From: a virus | Length of the DNA stretch: 64,000 nucleotides | Virus record (IMG/VR): IMGVR_UViG_3300038393_001027 | Location: 32,001 to 96,000 of that record | Reading direction: 5' to 3' (one strand) | Shown here: one piece after another, positions 36,780 to 47,010 of the stretch | How positions within the stretch are numbered: the first letter of the stretch is position 1 | Layout of the letters: each line of letters opens with the position of its first letter | Program-made: the position numbers and the translations under genes | Notes under the pieces: model-generated | The model's database searches: none | What the model was told of the DNA's origin: nothing | The model's input: the letters and a program-made list of their open reading frames with translations, nothing else

Positions 36780-38138
36780 TCAATGCCCCCTCGTCAGGGT
36801 CAAACTGGTCGTGAACTCTCCAAGCACGGGGAAGCTGTGCGACACACCTTCAAGGTAGTAGGCTCGCTTGCGCCACGGCAGGTCCACCCGCTGGCCGATA
36901 CGGTATTTACCGTTGCCCCGGACTCGGAGCGTGCCTGACTCATGCTTCTCGTTTTCACCGTACCACGCCTGCAGACGGGTCTGTAGGGTCTGGGCGTACT
37001 GGATGGCCTTGGTGACGGTCTCATCGGTCGTCTCCAGCGCCCGGATTGGTACTTCCATCACCTTGACGCCATAGCGCCTTCGGTACTCCTCAGGTGCCTT
37101 CAGGGGCGGCACGAGGTTCTTCCAGTCCTCATCCATGGGGATTTTGAGGGTGGGATTCACTGAGAAGACCGATGACACCTCATGATCGTTCTTACCAAGG
37201 GCGTACTCCATGACTTCAGCACGATCGATGGTGTGTCCTGAGCGCTTCAGGGCCTCCCATGCGGCTGTGTCAAAGGGCGTCGGGCGCAAGAACACCCCAA
37301 CGTTTGCGTCGCTGAAGACGAAGGTCGGCCCGCTGGTGTGCTCAACGGGACCAGAGACGGCTACAACGGAGTCAAAAGCGATGGTCTCCCGCACGTCAAC
37401 GAAAAGCTCGTTGAATGGGCGGTTTACGATGCCCTCCATGAAGTTCCAGACCGGGCCTTCGAAGCTGAACAGGCCGGGTGTGAAGGGGATCAGTTCCTTT
37501 GTAGAAGCCAGCGAGTACCGCATGAGCCTCTCCAGACCCACCTTAGCCGTCGTCGTGCCGCTGTAGGCTGTGAACTCCAGCTTCATCAAGGTCTTGCAGA
37601 GCAGATCCCGGATGGCCCACTCGATCAGGTACGCTGGGGACCCGCTGGGACCCTTCTGTCGGATCAGTTCCTGCTCGTTCTGCAGGATGGACTCAGGGTC
37701 GGTTGGGAACCACTTCTGCACGGCCTCCAGCAGAATTTTGCCGAAGTCACGTCCCTGAATCTGGATGACCCGCCCAGCGCCAACGCTCATCGTGTCCTGT
37801 ACGTTGTCGATAAGGCCAATCATGACCACCCGGTCTTTCCCGTCCGTACTGGTCGGGTTGGCCGGATCGAACATCTGCATGCGGATGACCACCAGATCCA
37901 TGGGGTTCAGGCGATCGTACCATGTCAGCCCATCCGGCCCAGTGCGTCCGTTCAGCGCTACGTTGAAGGTCCCAGCCGGGGCGGCCAGCGTCTTGCTAAC
38001 GCTGGCCTGCAGGATGTCCTCCCGAAGTAGGGCTTCCCAGCTGTCTACCTCAAGCCGTGTTGCCCTGTAGTGGGCTGTCGGTGTGTGAAACTCCACGATG
38101 AGACGGGGCCTGAAGACCTTAACACCCGGTAACGACAT
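36780..38138 (-). CDS. Baseplate hub protein
   Basis: After tape measure; PMD.V.I, I.GRDFGK, G..RIGQR..YYLEGVSH..T.L..RG. Confidence 0.75.
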   Translation of the reverse strand: MSLPGVKVFRPRLIVEFHTPTAHYRATRLEVDSWEALLREDILQASVSKTLAAPAGTFNVALNGRTGPDGLTWYDRLNPMDLVVIRMQMFDPANPTSTDGKDRVVMIGLIDNVQDTMSVGAGRVIQIQGRDFGKILLEAVQKWFPTDPESILQNEQELIRQKGPSGSPAYLIEWAIRDLLCKTLMKLEFTAYSGTTTAKVGLERLMRYSLASTKELIPFTPGLFSFEGPVWNFMEGIVNRPFNELFVDVRETIAFDSVVAVSGPVEHTSGPTFVFSDANVGVFLRPTPFDTAAWEALKRSGHTIDRAEVMEYALGKNDHEVSSVFSVNPTLKIPMDEDWKNLVPPLKAPEEYRRRYGVKVMEVPIRALETTDETVTKAIQYAQTLQTRLQAWYGENEKHESGTLRVRGNGKYRIGQRVDLPWRKRAYYLEGVSHSFPVLGEFTTSLTLTRGH

Positions 38139-38151
38139 CGATGCTCACCCC

Positions 38152-41100
38152 TTACCACTGGGACGCTTGGGCACCAGACCGGGGTCCGGTAAAGGTCTCC
38201 TCGTACTTGGCCTGCTCCATGGTCCGGCGTACTTCTTCACGGAGCCTGCGCTCCAACAGGGCTTCGGCGCGGGGGTCCATCTCCTTGCCGTCCACCTTCA
38301 CGTTGATGGTTGCCGTTCCGCTGATGGTCACAGCCCGCTCACCCGCTCGGTAAGCCTGCTGGGCCTTGTACATAGCGTCAGCCAACTGCTCTTCATCGAT
38401 GGTCAGCTTGCGCATTTCGGGGACCGCTGGACCAATAACCCCAGTGGCGTTGAAGACCTCCTGATCACGGGCAAGACGGTCCCTATCCCATGTCCAGCCC
38501 TTTGGCATGTCGCTGGCATCCACCTTGTAGGCGTCACCGGGGTTGAAGAACAGCTTGCTGGGGTCGCCGCCCATGGTCTCCAAGATGTCCCGCACGCCCT
38601 TGGACCAGTTGGGGTCCTGCGCATAACGCTTGTTGACGAAGGCGAGGAAGTCTCCGTACTGGGCCTGTTGCTCCTTGGTCATCTGGTTCCACTTGGTCTG
38701 CTCGTCCTTGATCAGGTTGACGGCCAGCAGGAGGTCTTCTGCCCAGACCGGGTTGGCCCCGTGACCGCCATCGCTGGCCGCCGTCACGCTCAGGTACTTC
38801 CCTTGGCTGTGATACTGGGCCAGTCGGGTGGGCGAAAGGGTGTTGAAGGATCCAGTGCCTTCGTGCTGAAGGATGGCAAGCAGAAGCTTGGGGTCGATGC
38901 CGCTTGACAGGGCCATGTTGTTCAGATCGTCCAGCTTCTTGGCCGTAAAGCCGAACAGGTCCGAGTTGGCAAGCGTCATCCGGTTGGCGATGAAGCCTGT
39001 ACCGCCGTTGGAAAAGAGCTTGCTGTTCCGCAGTTGCTCCTGATTCACGTAGAACTGGTTCTGCTGAAGGCCTGCTGTGAAGGCGCCCGGCGGCAGGAAG
39101 GCCTCCAGATGCCCGGCGATGATGTCGTCCAGCCCGTTCTGGCGCAGGTAGCTCAGCGGGTCGTCTGTCCCAAAGAGGGTGTTTGACCCCTTCATGATGT
39201 TGTAGCGGGCCTGCGACATCATGGCCTCTTGGAAGTTCTTGAGCGCTTGCTCCTGCGGCGCCGACTCAATCCCCTTGATGTCGCCTGTAAACAGCCCCTG
39301 CATCATTTGCAGTTGCTCGAAGAGCTTCATGTCTGGGGACCCGTCTGCACCGCCGAAGCCCCGTAGCATCCCCACGTCATCCTTCAGGTTGAACCAACCC
39401 TTGGCGCCCTTGCGGATGCGGGTCATTTCGGCCGCTTCGTCCATCTTGTTGGCCGCATAGAGACCAACACCTGCGATGGCGAGCGGCGCGGCTACAGCCG
39501 CCGCCGTACCCAGACCCGCTACTGAAGCGCCACCGCCTGTCAGTGCACCCCAAATCCCGGTGCCAGCCGCCCGGCCGCCTGCCCAAACGGCCTGCCCGCC
39601 AGCGATGCCCAGCATGTTGGTAAGCCAATTCCCGCCGCCACCACCACCTACCCCGCCGCCGGGGGCGCCCGGCATACCCGGCGCACCGGGGGCGCCCGGC
39701 ATACCACCGCCACCGCCGCCCATGGGCATGTTCCAGAGCGCCGCACCAGCGGCCATACCGCCGATGGCAAGCGTCGGATGGGCGATTCCCCAGTCAACCA
39801 CGTCCTGCAGGACCTTCTGCAGGTCACTCAGGCTTGGAATGAGCTTGTCGCCCACCAAGGTCTGCAGTTCGTCCGTCCGGGCATCCAGCAGGTAAAGCTG
39901 GCCGCCCTGACTCTGGGTCCAGTTATCCACCTTGGAGTCGATCCGGCCGCCGTCCATGTCAAGGGCGCCCCGGATAGCGTCCAGACTATTGAAGTCCACT
40001 CCCATCAGGGCCTTCCCCTGCTTGACGCTCAGGCCGGGGAAGAAGCCACGCAGGGCGAGAAGCATCTGCTCCTCATCACCGCCGTAGTTCCCCCGGATGT
40101 ACTTCATGGCATCCCGCAGGTTCTCCGGCGAAGCGCCGTCCTCCAGTCGGTTCACAGCCCCGAAGTAGGATTGGCCTTTGCCCCAGCCAAATGCGGTCAG
40201 AAGACCGTGCTCAACTGCTGGATTTGACGGGGAAGCGATCGACTGGTCCAGCATCGACAGGAACTGGGCGCCACGGGCGCCCCGGAAGCCCTCCAACCCG
40301 GTCTGGTTGAAGAGGGTCTGCACTGCCATCAGCCCGGTGCTGTCCAGTAAACCGGGGTTGCGCCCGGCCCACTTCTCCAGAATCTGCGCCGTGGCCTCCA
40401 TGGCTTCGACAGCGCGGCCCTGCATTTTCGAGCGGTCAAGGTAGCTGGCCGTGACTTCCGCGTACTTCTGCAGGTTCTGGGGGCCGTAACCGAAGGCGCC
40501 CTGCTGGTAGGAACGGCCGAAGAACTGGGACGTCTCGCCGCCTTCCAGACCGAAAGCGCGGGTAAAGCGCTCGGTTGCTTTCAGGCTGTCAGCTTCGGTA
40601 TAGCCCATCAGGGCCTGCATGGTGCTCGCCATGCCCATGGACTCCAGACCCTTGAAGCCCAACGGGTATCCGGACTTATAGAGGCTTTCCCGCAGGGCGT
40701 CAAAGTTCTCAGGGGAGCGCATGTTCTCCCGAATGCCCAAGTCGGCGGCCATCTTGTGCAGATTGGCTGACGTGTTCAAACCAGTCTGCAGGTGCTGGTA
40801 GGCGCTGTAGGCACCCAGCAGACCCAGCGCCTGCCCGCCGTAGCGCTTCATCCAGTCCGGCATCCAGCTTGTGAGGGCACCGCCCAGCGTCTGCCGGGGG
40901 CCGGGGCGCCCGGCGGCGCCCTTCGACTGGGCTTCTTCACCTTCCTTGAAGCCACCGATCCGGTCTTGCTGATGGCCCAGCATCGCCTTCAAGCGGTCGA
41001 TTTCCTTCTTGTAGGCGGCGGCCAGATCGTCGTTGTTGTTCATGCGCTGAGCCAGCGCATCAATCTGGCTTTCCTTCTTCTGAATCATGATTTCCTGCCC

Positions 41101-41403
41101 GCCAACTTTATGGAGCTTCTGGATGTCGTCGGTCAGGTGGTCAATCTGGTTCTGGAACTTGTTGGCCCGGCCTGTGGCGGCATCGAAGAGTCGGGTGAGT
41201 TTTCCGATCTCCTGATTCAGACCGTCGATGTGGTGCTTGGCCTCGCGCATGTCCTTGGGGTCGATGATGCCACCGCCCCGGATGCCCTTCACGGACAACG
41301 AGTTTAGGCGACGTAGACCTCCTTCTACGTCGCCTACCATGCGCTTAAAGTCGCCCGTCTCAGTCTGGGCGTGAACCCGGATGCCTAGCTCCTTGATGCT
41401 CAT
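38152..41403 (-). CDS. Tape measure protein with lysozyme-like C-terminal domain
   Basis: 1083 aa after chaperones; GIDPKLLLAILQHEG..YAQDPNW. Confidence 0.8.
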   Translation of the reverse strand: MSIKELGIRVHAQTETGDFKRMVGDVEGGLRRLNSLSVKGIRGGGIIDPKDMREAKHHIDGLNQEIGKLTRLFDAATGRANKFQNQIDHLTDDIQKLHKVGGQEIMIQKKESQIDALAQRMNNNDDLAAAYKKEIDRLKAMLGHQQDRIGGFKEGEEAQSKGAAGRPGPRQTLGGALTSWMPDWMKRYGGQALGLLGAYSAYQHLQTGLNTSANLHKMAADLGIRENMRSPENFDALRESLYKSGYPLGFKGLESMGMASTMQALMGYTEADSLKATERFTRAFGLEGGETSQFFGRSYQQGAFGYGPQNLQKYAEVTASYLDRSKMQGRAVEAMEATAQILEKWAGRNPGLLDSTGLMAVQTLFNQTGLEGFRGARGAQFLSMLDQSIASPSNPAVEHGLLTAFGWGKGQSYFGAVNRLEDGASPENLRDAMKYIRGNYGGDEEQMLLALRGFFPGLSVKQGKALMGVDFNSLDAIRGALDMDGGRIDSKVDNWTQSQGGQLYLLDARTDELQTLVGDKLIPSLSDLQKVLQDVVDWGIAHPTLAIGGMAAGAALWNMPMGGGGGGMPGAPGAPGMPGAPGGGVGGGGGGNWLTNMLGIAGGQAVWAGGRAAGTGIWGALTGGGASVAGLGTAAAVAAPLAIAGVGLYAANKMDEAAEMTRIRKGAKGWFNLKDDVGMLRGFGGADGSPDMKLFEQLQMMQGLFTGDIKGIESAPQEQALKNFQEAMMSQARYNIMKGSNTLFGTDDPLSYLRQNGLDDIIAGHLEAFLPPGAFTAGLQQNQFYVNQEQLRNSKLFSNGGTGFIANRMTLANSDLFGFTAKKLDDLNNMALSSGIDPKLLLAILQHEGTGSFNTLSPTRLAQYHSQGKYLSVTAASDGGHGANPVWAEDLLLAVNLIKDEQTKWNQMTKEQQAQYGDFLAFVNKRYAQDPNWSKGVRDILETMGGDPSKLFFNPGDAYKVDASDMPKGWTWDRDRLARDQEVFNATGVIGPAVPEMRKLTIDEEQLADAMYKAQQAYRAGERAVTISGTATINVKVDGKEMDPRAEALLERRLREEVRRTMEQAKYEETFTGPRSGAQASQW

Positions 41404-41792
41404 GGCTCGTCATCCCCCTCGATTTCCACGTCTTCCCAGTTTTCCTGAGATGGGGGTGATGCGGGCGCCTCCGTGTGCTCCATCCCCTCCAAAATAGCCC
41501 GCCGGATGGCCGCCGCCTTCTCCTTGGCGGCCTCATACTCAGCTATTGTGGGTTGTGCAGACTCCGGCGAAACCTCGCTCGCCTCGTTATCCAGTTCCTG
41601 TTCAGCTTCTGCGTAGTTGGGGTCTCGGTAGGCCTCTTCCTTCTTCACCAGATGGGGGTTGGCAAGCTTGAAGTTCTCCCACTCCAACTCGATCTGAAGG
41701 TCGGTGGTATTCAGGTAGCGCTCATCGGTCGGTGCCAGCTTGTATTGCTGGCGGTACCAATAGCGCAGACGTTCACTGGGAAGTTCCGCCAC
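41400..41792 (-). CDS. Tail assembly chaperone, downstream part (probably reached by frameshift)
   Basis: W..Y.L.PTD.RY pattern; overlaps upstream ORF in +1 frame; no good RBS. Confidence 0.65.
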   Translation of the reverse strand: MAELPSERLRYWYRQQYKLAPTDERYLNTTDLQIELEWENFKLANPHLVKKEEAYRDPNYAEAEQELDNEASEVSPESAQPTIAEYEAAKEKAAAIRRAILEGMEHTEAPASPPSQENWEDVEIEGDDEP

Positions 41793-42198
41793 CTTCGGGA
41801 GCAGGCTTCGCGCCTGCGCGGCGAAAGGTGTTCTTGGTCACAACGAAGATCCGCCACAGGTGGACGATGGCGTCCGGATCCTCGCACTCCAGCGGCTTAA
41901 GCGCCCACTTCGGGGCGTCCTCCCGGACCATCAGCATGTCGATCGTGACAACAGCTTCGGCCAGATCGGTGATGAACGGCGGGATCAAGGCTGGATCAAC
42001 CTGACCCACAGCGAAGTTCTGTTGCAGGTGCTTTGCCGTCCGAACGCCAATCAGGATCATGTCCTGCGTTTTCGGTACCCGGAACTGGAACGAGCCCTTG
42101 TACTCCTGACCGCTCATGCTCTCATAGTTGAAGTTGAATGCGATGGTGTTCTGGTCGCCAGCCGCTACCTTGGCCTGCATCTCACGGGCCTCATCCAT
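41773..42198 (-). CDS. Tail assembly chaperone
   Basis: Between tube and tape measure; AAGGAGG RBS; NTFR near the end. Confidence 0.75.
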   Translation of the reverse strand: MDEAREMQAKVAAGDQNTIAFNFNYESMSGQEYKGSFQFRVPKTQDMILIGVRTAKHLQQNFAVGQVDPALIPPFITDLAEAVVTIDMLMVREDAPKWALKPLECEDPDAIVHLWRIFVVTKNTFRRAGAKPAPEGGGTSQ

Positions 42199-42222
42199 GG
42201 TTGTAGCCTCCTTCTAAGTGGG

Positions 42223-42254
42223 AAAAAGGGGCCGGGGCGTCAATCCCCGGCCCC
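42223..42254 (-). terminator. Intrinsic terminator after tail tube
   Basis: GGGGCCGGGG/CCCCGGCCCC stem plus U5. Confidence 0.75.
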
Positions 42255-42261
42255 ACAGTTC

Positions 42262-42675
42262 TTACTTCGCCCGCAGGTAGACCCACGTGGCGTTCTCGCC
42301 AGAGATGGCGTTCGCCCGGAAGGACTCGGAGTAGTCCTGAAGGCTACACCCCTCGTAGGTCCGGACGATCTCGTTCGTGATGTTGTCCACCACGACGATG
42401 TTGATGATGTTCAGCTTCAGGATCTCCTCGCCCAGTGCGGCCAGCCCCAGCTTGTCCAAGCTCTTCTTCCGGACATGGAACTTGTCTACGCTGAAGCTAC
42501 CTTCATAGCGCAGGGCGACATGCTCCTGCGGCATGATGGAGCCGATCTCATAGACACCTTCCTGCCCGAATGAACGGCGCCCGTCGCCCGACTGCATGCG
42601 GCCGACATCCTGACCTGCAATCAGGATCTTAATGGTATGACCAGCGTGTACGGTCTGATTCGCGGCCGTAGCCAT
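42262..42675 (-). CDS. Tail tube protein
   Basis: ANQTVH..VGR.QS..GVYEIGSIMPQEHV.LRYEG, Twort-like tube signature. Confidence 0.9.
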   Translation of the reverse strand: MATAANQTVHAGHTIKILIAGQDVGRMQSGDGRRSFGQEGVYEIGSIMPQEHVALRYEGSFSVDKFHVRKKSLDKLGLAALGEEILKLNIINIVVVDNITNEIVRTYEGCSLQDYSESFRANAISGENATWVYLRAK

Positions 42676-42695
42676 GGCTTTCTACCCCCCTTCAC

Positions 42696-43820
42696 TTAGA
42701 TCCGGAACTTGGCCCGGATCAGGATGTTGTTGATCGGGTCCACGACGTTGCCGAAGAACTCGACATTCACCGTGGTACCAACCTGCTGGACGGTGGGCGG
42801 CTCATAGGCCGGGGAAATAAGGGTCGAACCAGCCATCTCATCCACCAACCAGCGCCGTTGGGTCTTGGCGTTCTCCAGAATCGCCACCACGTCGGCGAAG
42901 ATGGCGGCGTCCTTACCACCCCGCGTACCGACGTACTTGGTCTCCAGCATGGTCCGGATCTCAACCGTCAGCGCGTCGATGACGGTCTCGGTGGACAGTT
43001 CAGTCTTGGCCGTGGTCAGCGACTGGATCAACCGGAAGCCGCCTGCCGGAGCAGGCTCGAAGCAGATGATCCCCGCCTGCAGAAGCGCGTCGATGTTGGT
43101 TGAAGTAAGCTCGTTCTCCAGCCCGGCGGCGTTGATCAGGTCGAAGGTCAGCGGCTCAGCCGGGTCAGACCCTGCCCACATACCCGCAACCATGGCCGCC
43201 GCAAGGTAGCCGGGCAGGGTAACAAGGGCGCCATCAAAGTAGCGCTTAATGCCGCCGTGTACGAAGCACATCCGGGCGTCAAGCAAGCCCGTGGCCCCGG
43301 TAACGCTCGTGGCAACCGTGTCGCCCACCTTCGAACCGACGAAGCCCCGGCGCTCCCGGCGCTCTTTGGTGCCCGAAGCCGTGGTCACATGGGTCTTCAC
43401 CAGCGCATGAATGGCCGAGTCACCGCTGGTAACGATGACGCCATCCACGTTCTTGGTGTTGAGCTTGTCCAGCGCCGTGGTCCAGTCAGTGGTCTGGATG
43501 CCGCCGCTGACACCCGTACCCACGACTTCACACAGCAGGATCAGGTCGGCCGAAGGGCCTTCCTGCGACGGCCGGGCGCTCCACGCCAATTGCATGGCCC
43601 GCAGGGTGTCACCCGTCTTTAGGTCCTCGACGGCCTGCGACGGGTTGTTATAGTAGGCCAGCACGCCTGTGCCCTTGTTGGTCGCCGTAACATCCAACGG
43701 ACCAACAACAGCCAGCACGCGGGCCGTACCCGGACTCAGAACCGTCTGCTGGTCGGCGGACACCTGCGAATAGGCGCCCGGCTTGTAGATCGTCGCTCCA
43801 TTAAAGCTAATGCCCGGCAT
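42696..43820 (-). CDS. Tail sheath protein (short)
   Basis: PGAY near start, PLTF..L..AG..G.R motifs; immediately upstream of tube. Confidence 0.85.
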   Translation of the reverse strand: MPGISFNGATIYKPGAYSQVSADQQTVLSPGTARVLAVVGPLDVTATNKGTGVLAYYNNPSQAVEDLKTGDTLRAMQLAWSARPSQEGPSADLILLCEVVGTGVSGGIQTTDWTTALDKLNTKNVDGVIVTSGDSAIHALVKTHVTTASGTKERRERRGFVGSKVGDTVATSVTGATGLLDARMCFVHGGIKRYFDGALVTLPGYLAAAMVAGMWAGSDPAEPLTFDLINAAGLENELTSTNIDALLQAGIICFEPAPAGGFRLIQSLTTAKTELSTETVIDALTVEIRTMLETKYVGTRGGKDAAIFADVVAILENAKTQRRWLVDEMAGSTLISPAYEPPTVQQVGTTVNVEFFGNVVDPINNILIRAKFRI

Positions 43821-43934
43821 GGTCGTTTCCCTCCTCAACTCAATTGGTTTGCCAGTTAGGGGTATGGGAGGGGGTAAATCCCTCTCCCATTTCGGTATAT
43901 CGTAAGGTTTTCCCTTCTGACGGTTCCGTGTTTT

Positions 43935-44510
43935 TTACGGATTTGGACTGCCAGTGACGCCGAAGGCCTCGATCGTACTGTCAGTACTGACCGTTTTGAC
44001 CGTCAGGGGGTTCCAGAAATTGATTACGAGGGTGTACCAGTAGAGCGGCATCGGGAAGCCGTTCCCTTGAGCCTGCTCGTCGCGCCCACTGCCCAGCCGG
44101 ATGTTGGTGTAGCCCAGTTCGGCGAGGTAGTTCAGGGACGCATACAGGATCCCCTCAACAAGTGGGGCCAGTTTGTCACGCTCGTCGGCGTTGGTGTGCC
44201 AGACCCGGATCTCCAGCGCCTCATCAAAGAAGGTTGATCGGGTGATCAGCCACTTCTGGTACGTGGGACTCGCCGGATCATCGTCATACTGGGCGTCTTC
44301 CGACTGGCCGATGGCCTCTCCCTGCAGGTTCTTGCTGGCGATGTTGACCGCCACACAGGGGATGTTGCCTTCGAGAGTCGGGTCCGAGCCGATGATTTTG
44401 AGCATGTTCAAACCGTAGTAGTGGTCTAAACCAAGCTTCAACAGAGCGATGATCGCAGACTTCGACGCATGACTCTGAATCTGGATCTGGGCAAAGTCCG
44501 GCGTTGACAT
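43935..44510 (-). CDS. Putative tail terminator/completion protein
   Basis: Position before sheath; PCVAV..N..ERD.L pattern. Confidence 0.55.
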   Translation of the reverse strand: MSTPDFAQIQIQSHASKSAIIALLKLGLDHYYGLNMLKIIGSDPTLEGNIPCVAVNIASKNLQGEAIGQSEDAQYDDDPASPTYQKWLITRSTFFDEALEIRVWHTNADERDKLAPLVEGILYASLNYLAELGYTNIRLGSGRDEQAQGNGFPMPLYWYTLVINFWNPLTVKTVSTDSTIEAFGVTGSPNP

Positions 44511-44522
44511 GGCAGTACCCCC

Positions 44523-45356
44523 TTACACGCCCAAGGCATCCATAATGTCCATTTGGAAGCCCACCCGGATCAGGTTGATGACCTTCTCACTGGTGTTCTC
44601 CTTCACAGCTTCCGTGACAGGACGGGGCGGTACACCGGGGAACTGCCACGAGTTGGGATCGGACTTGACCGACATGCGCCGGAAAGTCAGGTACTCGGTT
44701 TGATGGCCGCCGTTCATCTTGACCATGCCCGAGAACTGCCCAGTCTTCCACGTGTAGGCGAACTGGCGGGCGTTCTCGCCCGGTCCCTTGGTCAGTTTGG
44801 TACGCTGGCCGTCCATAGACTTACCCAGCCTGCCACCCCACTGGTAGCTGAACTGGCCGTCCTTCCGGCGGCCTACGATGCTGGATTCGGCCAGACCTTT
44901 GGCCTGTTCGTAGACGTGATCAGGCATACTCGACATCGTGGCGGCGCCGGGCGTTCCGTGGCGGAATGGGATTGTGATGTAGTCCTTCCCACTCGACCGC
45001 AGGGCGTCCTTCATATCAAACGGCCGAATGCCGTTCTCCACGAGTCGCCCGTGCCATGAGGTAGAAATGACTTCACCCATCAGCGGGTCGCCCAGTGCTG
45101 GGTATGCCAACCCACTCTGAACCGATCGGACGTACTCACCAGACACACTGTGCACCTGAAAGGTGCCACCTGACCAGATTACCTGCACCCCCTGCAGGTA
45201 GCTGGCCCATGTTGCCTGTACGAACTCCGTCGCCGTGCGCACAGCCTGCGCCACGTTGGAGTTGCTTCGGGATTGACCCATGGCGTCAAGGTTGCGCATG
45301 ATCTGCCGCATCGACGCCTGCGCATCCCGCACGTCAACGTCAAGGTTCAGAATCAA
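44523..45356 (-). CDS. Putative neck/tail completion protein
   Basis: E.G..FDMK..YI.IPFRH..Y.TFRR.S..S..SW..PG pattern. Confidence 0.6.
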   Translation of the reverse strand: MILNLDVDVRDAQASMRQIMRNLDAMGQSRSNSNVAQAVRTATEFVQATWASYLQGVQVIWSGGTFQVHSVSGEYVRSVQSGLAYPALGDPLMGEVISTSWHGRLVENGIRPFDMKDALRSSGKDYITIPFRHGTPGAATMSSMPDHVYEQAKGLAESSIVGRRKDGQFSYQWGGRLGKSMDGQRTKLTKGPGENARQFAYTWKTGQFSGMVKMNGGHQTEYLTFRRMSVKSDPNSWQFPGVPPRPVTEAVKENTSEKVINLIRVGFQMDIMDALGV

Positions 45357-45367
45357 GCGCTCACCTC

Positions 45368-46105
45368 CTACAGGTCATCCCGATAGCGCAGGATCAGCTT
45401 CCGGGGCATGTGCTGACCCTCGATGCCGTCCCGACTCTGTGGCAGTTGGTTGTAGACGATGTAAACGGGGTTGTGCCAGTAGGTGACGGAGTACTGGGCG
45501 CCCGGAACCGGGCCGCGCCCTGCCACCCAGTCAATCTTATTCCCTACCACCGTGAAGTCGGTTTCTACCGTGTAGTAGGTCACTTCACCAGTGCTGGGGT
45601 TGGCCGTCAGCACGAAGTCAACAGCCGGGGTCCCATCATCGTTCGTAGCGATACCTTCGTAGCGTAGGGTATCGGCGGGGCGCTTCTGCTGAGCTTCCCC
45701 ACGAACCAAGGTCTCATGGGACCGGAACATGGCATCAACCAGTGTAAACTTGTCCCATTCACCCGCCGGAAAGAGCGGGTTGTCTTCGAAGAAGAACGAT
45801 TGAGCGGTCGGCTGGCGGCGAACTTCAGCGGCGATGGTTGCCACCAAGTCTCCCATCTTCCAGTCGCCCATTCCGTTAAACTCCTTCGTCAGAACCAAAC
45901 CCGTCACCAGAATCCCGTCAGCTTCAAAGACGGGTGGCAGGTATGTGTACCCGGTCCCGTCACAGGCCTTGCAGGTCATGGTAGGTTGGCCGGACTCCAG
46001 ATTCCAGCAGGTGCACCGATTGGCGCGTTCCCACTTCACCTTGGAAGCATGGTTGGAGATGGCGCTGGCGAAGCGCCGGGACTCCATCGTTGGGGTGTGC
46101 CGCAT
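45368..46105 (-). CDS. Putative head closure protein
   Basis: WERA.RCTC..CKACDGTGY; position. Confidence 0.6.
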   Translation of the reverse strand: MRHTPTMESRRFASAISNHASKVKWERANRCTCWNLESGQPTMTCKACDGTGYTYLPPVFEADGILVTGLVLTKEFNGMGDWKMGDLVATIAAEVRRQPTAQSFFFEDNPLFPAGEWDKFTLVDAMFRSHETLVRGEAQQKRPADTLRYEGIATNDDGTPAVDFVLTANPSTGEVTYYTVETDFTVVGNKIDWVAGRGPVPGAQYSVTYWHNPVYIVYNQLPQSRDGIEGQHMPRKLILRYRDDL

Positions 46106-46116
46106 AGCTGTGCCCC

Positions 46117-47004
46117 CTACAGGACAGTAAACCGCAGACCACGCAGGCGGTCCCGGTTCTCTTTGACCCACTCCGTGATCTCGGTCGCATAGATGGCCCG
46201 GCGGGCGCCGAAGGCCGCAAAGGACGGGCTGGACGTCTGCGACAGGCTCTCGGACAGACCGTCAAGGCTGACGCTGTAGCTCGACACACCCGGCAGGAAG
46301 GCATCGCCGGAGACGTCAAGCGCCATGATGGCCGCAAACCTTGCACACATGTCGGCGATGTCGGCGTTCTCCATCAGCGTCAGGTCCATACCCGCATCGT
46401 AGTCCACCCAGAAGGCGCCCGGCATGACATTCGCCCAACTCATGTGCGCCAGCGGGTACCCATTCACAGGGTAGGTGATCCCTGCGTTGGTCCCGTAGGG
46501 GACGATGCGCAGAAGACCGCTCTTCTTCGTCAGGTGAAGCCACTCAGCCGGGTACTCCATGAGCTTCTGGCCGTTGGGCACGCGCAGTTCCACCCTGTGC
46601 ACCTTCCGCACGTGCCCCTGCCGAAGCTTTAAGGTCATGTGACCCTGCCCGAAGTCCTCTGGATGCCAGTCGTATGGCTCTTCCTCGATCTCGAAGTCAC
46701 CTTCAACAACCGTTCCGTCAGCCTTCATCACGGTCTGCGTCAGTCCTTGAGCCTCACCGTTGCACCGGATCCGCTTCACGTCCATCTTGATCATCAGGTC
46801 ACGTTCAAACTTCGACACGGCCCGGTTAATGTACCGGGCCAGTGTGTTTAGTTCCATCGTGGTGCCGAACTCGGTGGACAGAAGTGGCAGACCGAACAAG
46901 TAGTCCTTCTTCAGAAGGTCCGGCGTCAGCCATTCCGGGGTGGGAATGGTTTGACCCGCCGCCCGGTTGCCATCGGTAATGAGGTAGGCCACGGGTCCCA
47001 CCAT
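46117..47004 (-). CDS. Putative head-tail adaptor
   Basis: YLFG..Y.AG..G..S.S.SLDGLS.S pattern; downstream of capsid. Confidence 0.65.
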   Translation of the reverse strand: MVGPVAYLITDGNRAAGQTIPTPEWLTPDLLKKDYLFGLPLLSTEFGTTMELNTLARYINRAVSKFERDLMIKMDVKRIRCNGEAQGLTQTVMKADGTVVEGDFEIEEEPYDWHPEDFGQGHMTLKLRQGHVRKVHRVELRVPNGQKLMEYPAEWLHLTKKSGLLRIVPYGTNAGITYPVNGYPLAHMSWANVMPGAFWVDYDAGMDLTLMENADIADMCARFAAIMALDVSGDAFLPGVSSYSVSLDGLSESLSQTSSPSFAAFGARRAIYATEITEWVKENRDRLRGLRFTVL

Positions 47005-47010
47005 CCTTCC

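Noticed and set aside
41400-41792. RNA polymerase subunit label sometimes given to similar Twort-like ORFs
   Set aside because: Too small, no RNAP motifs; position fits a tail chaperone
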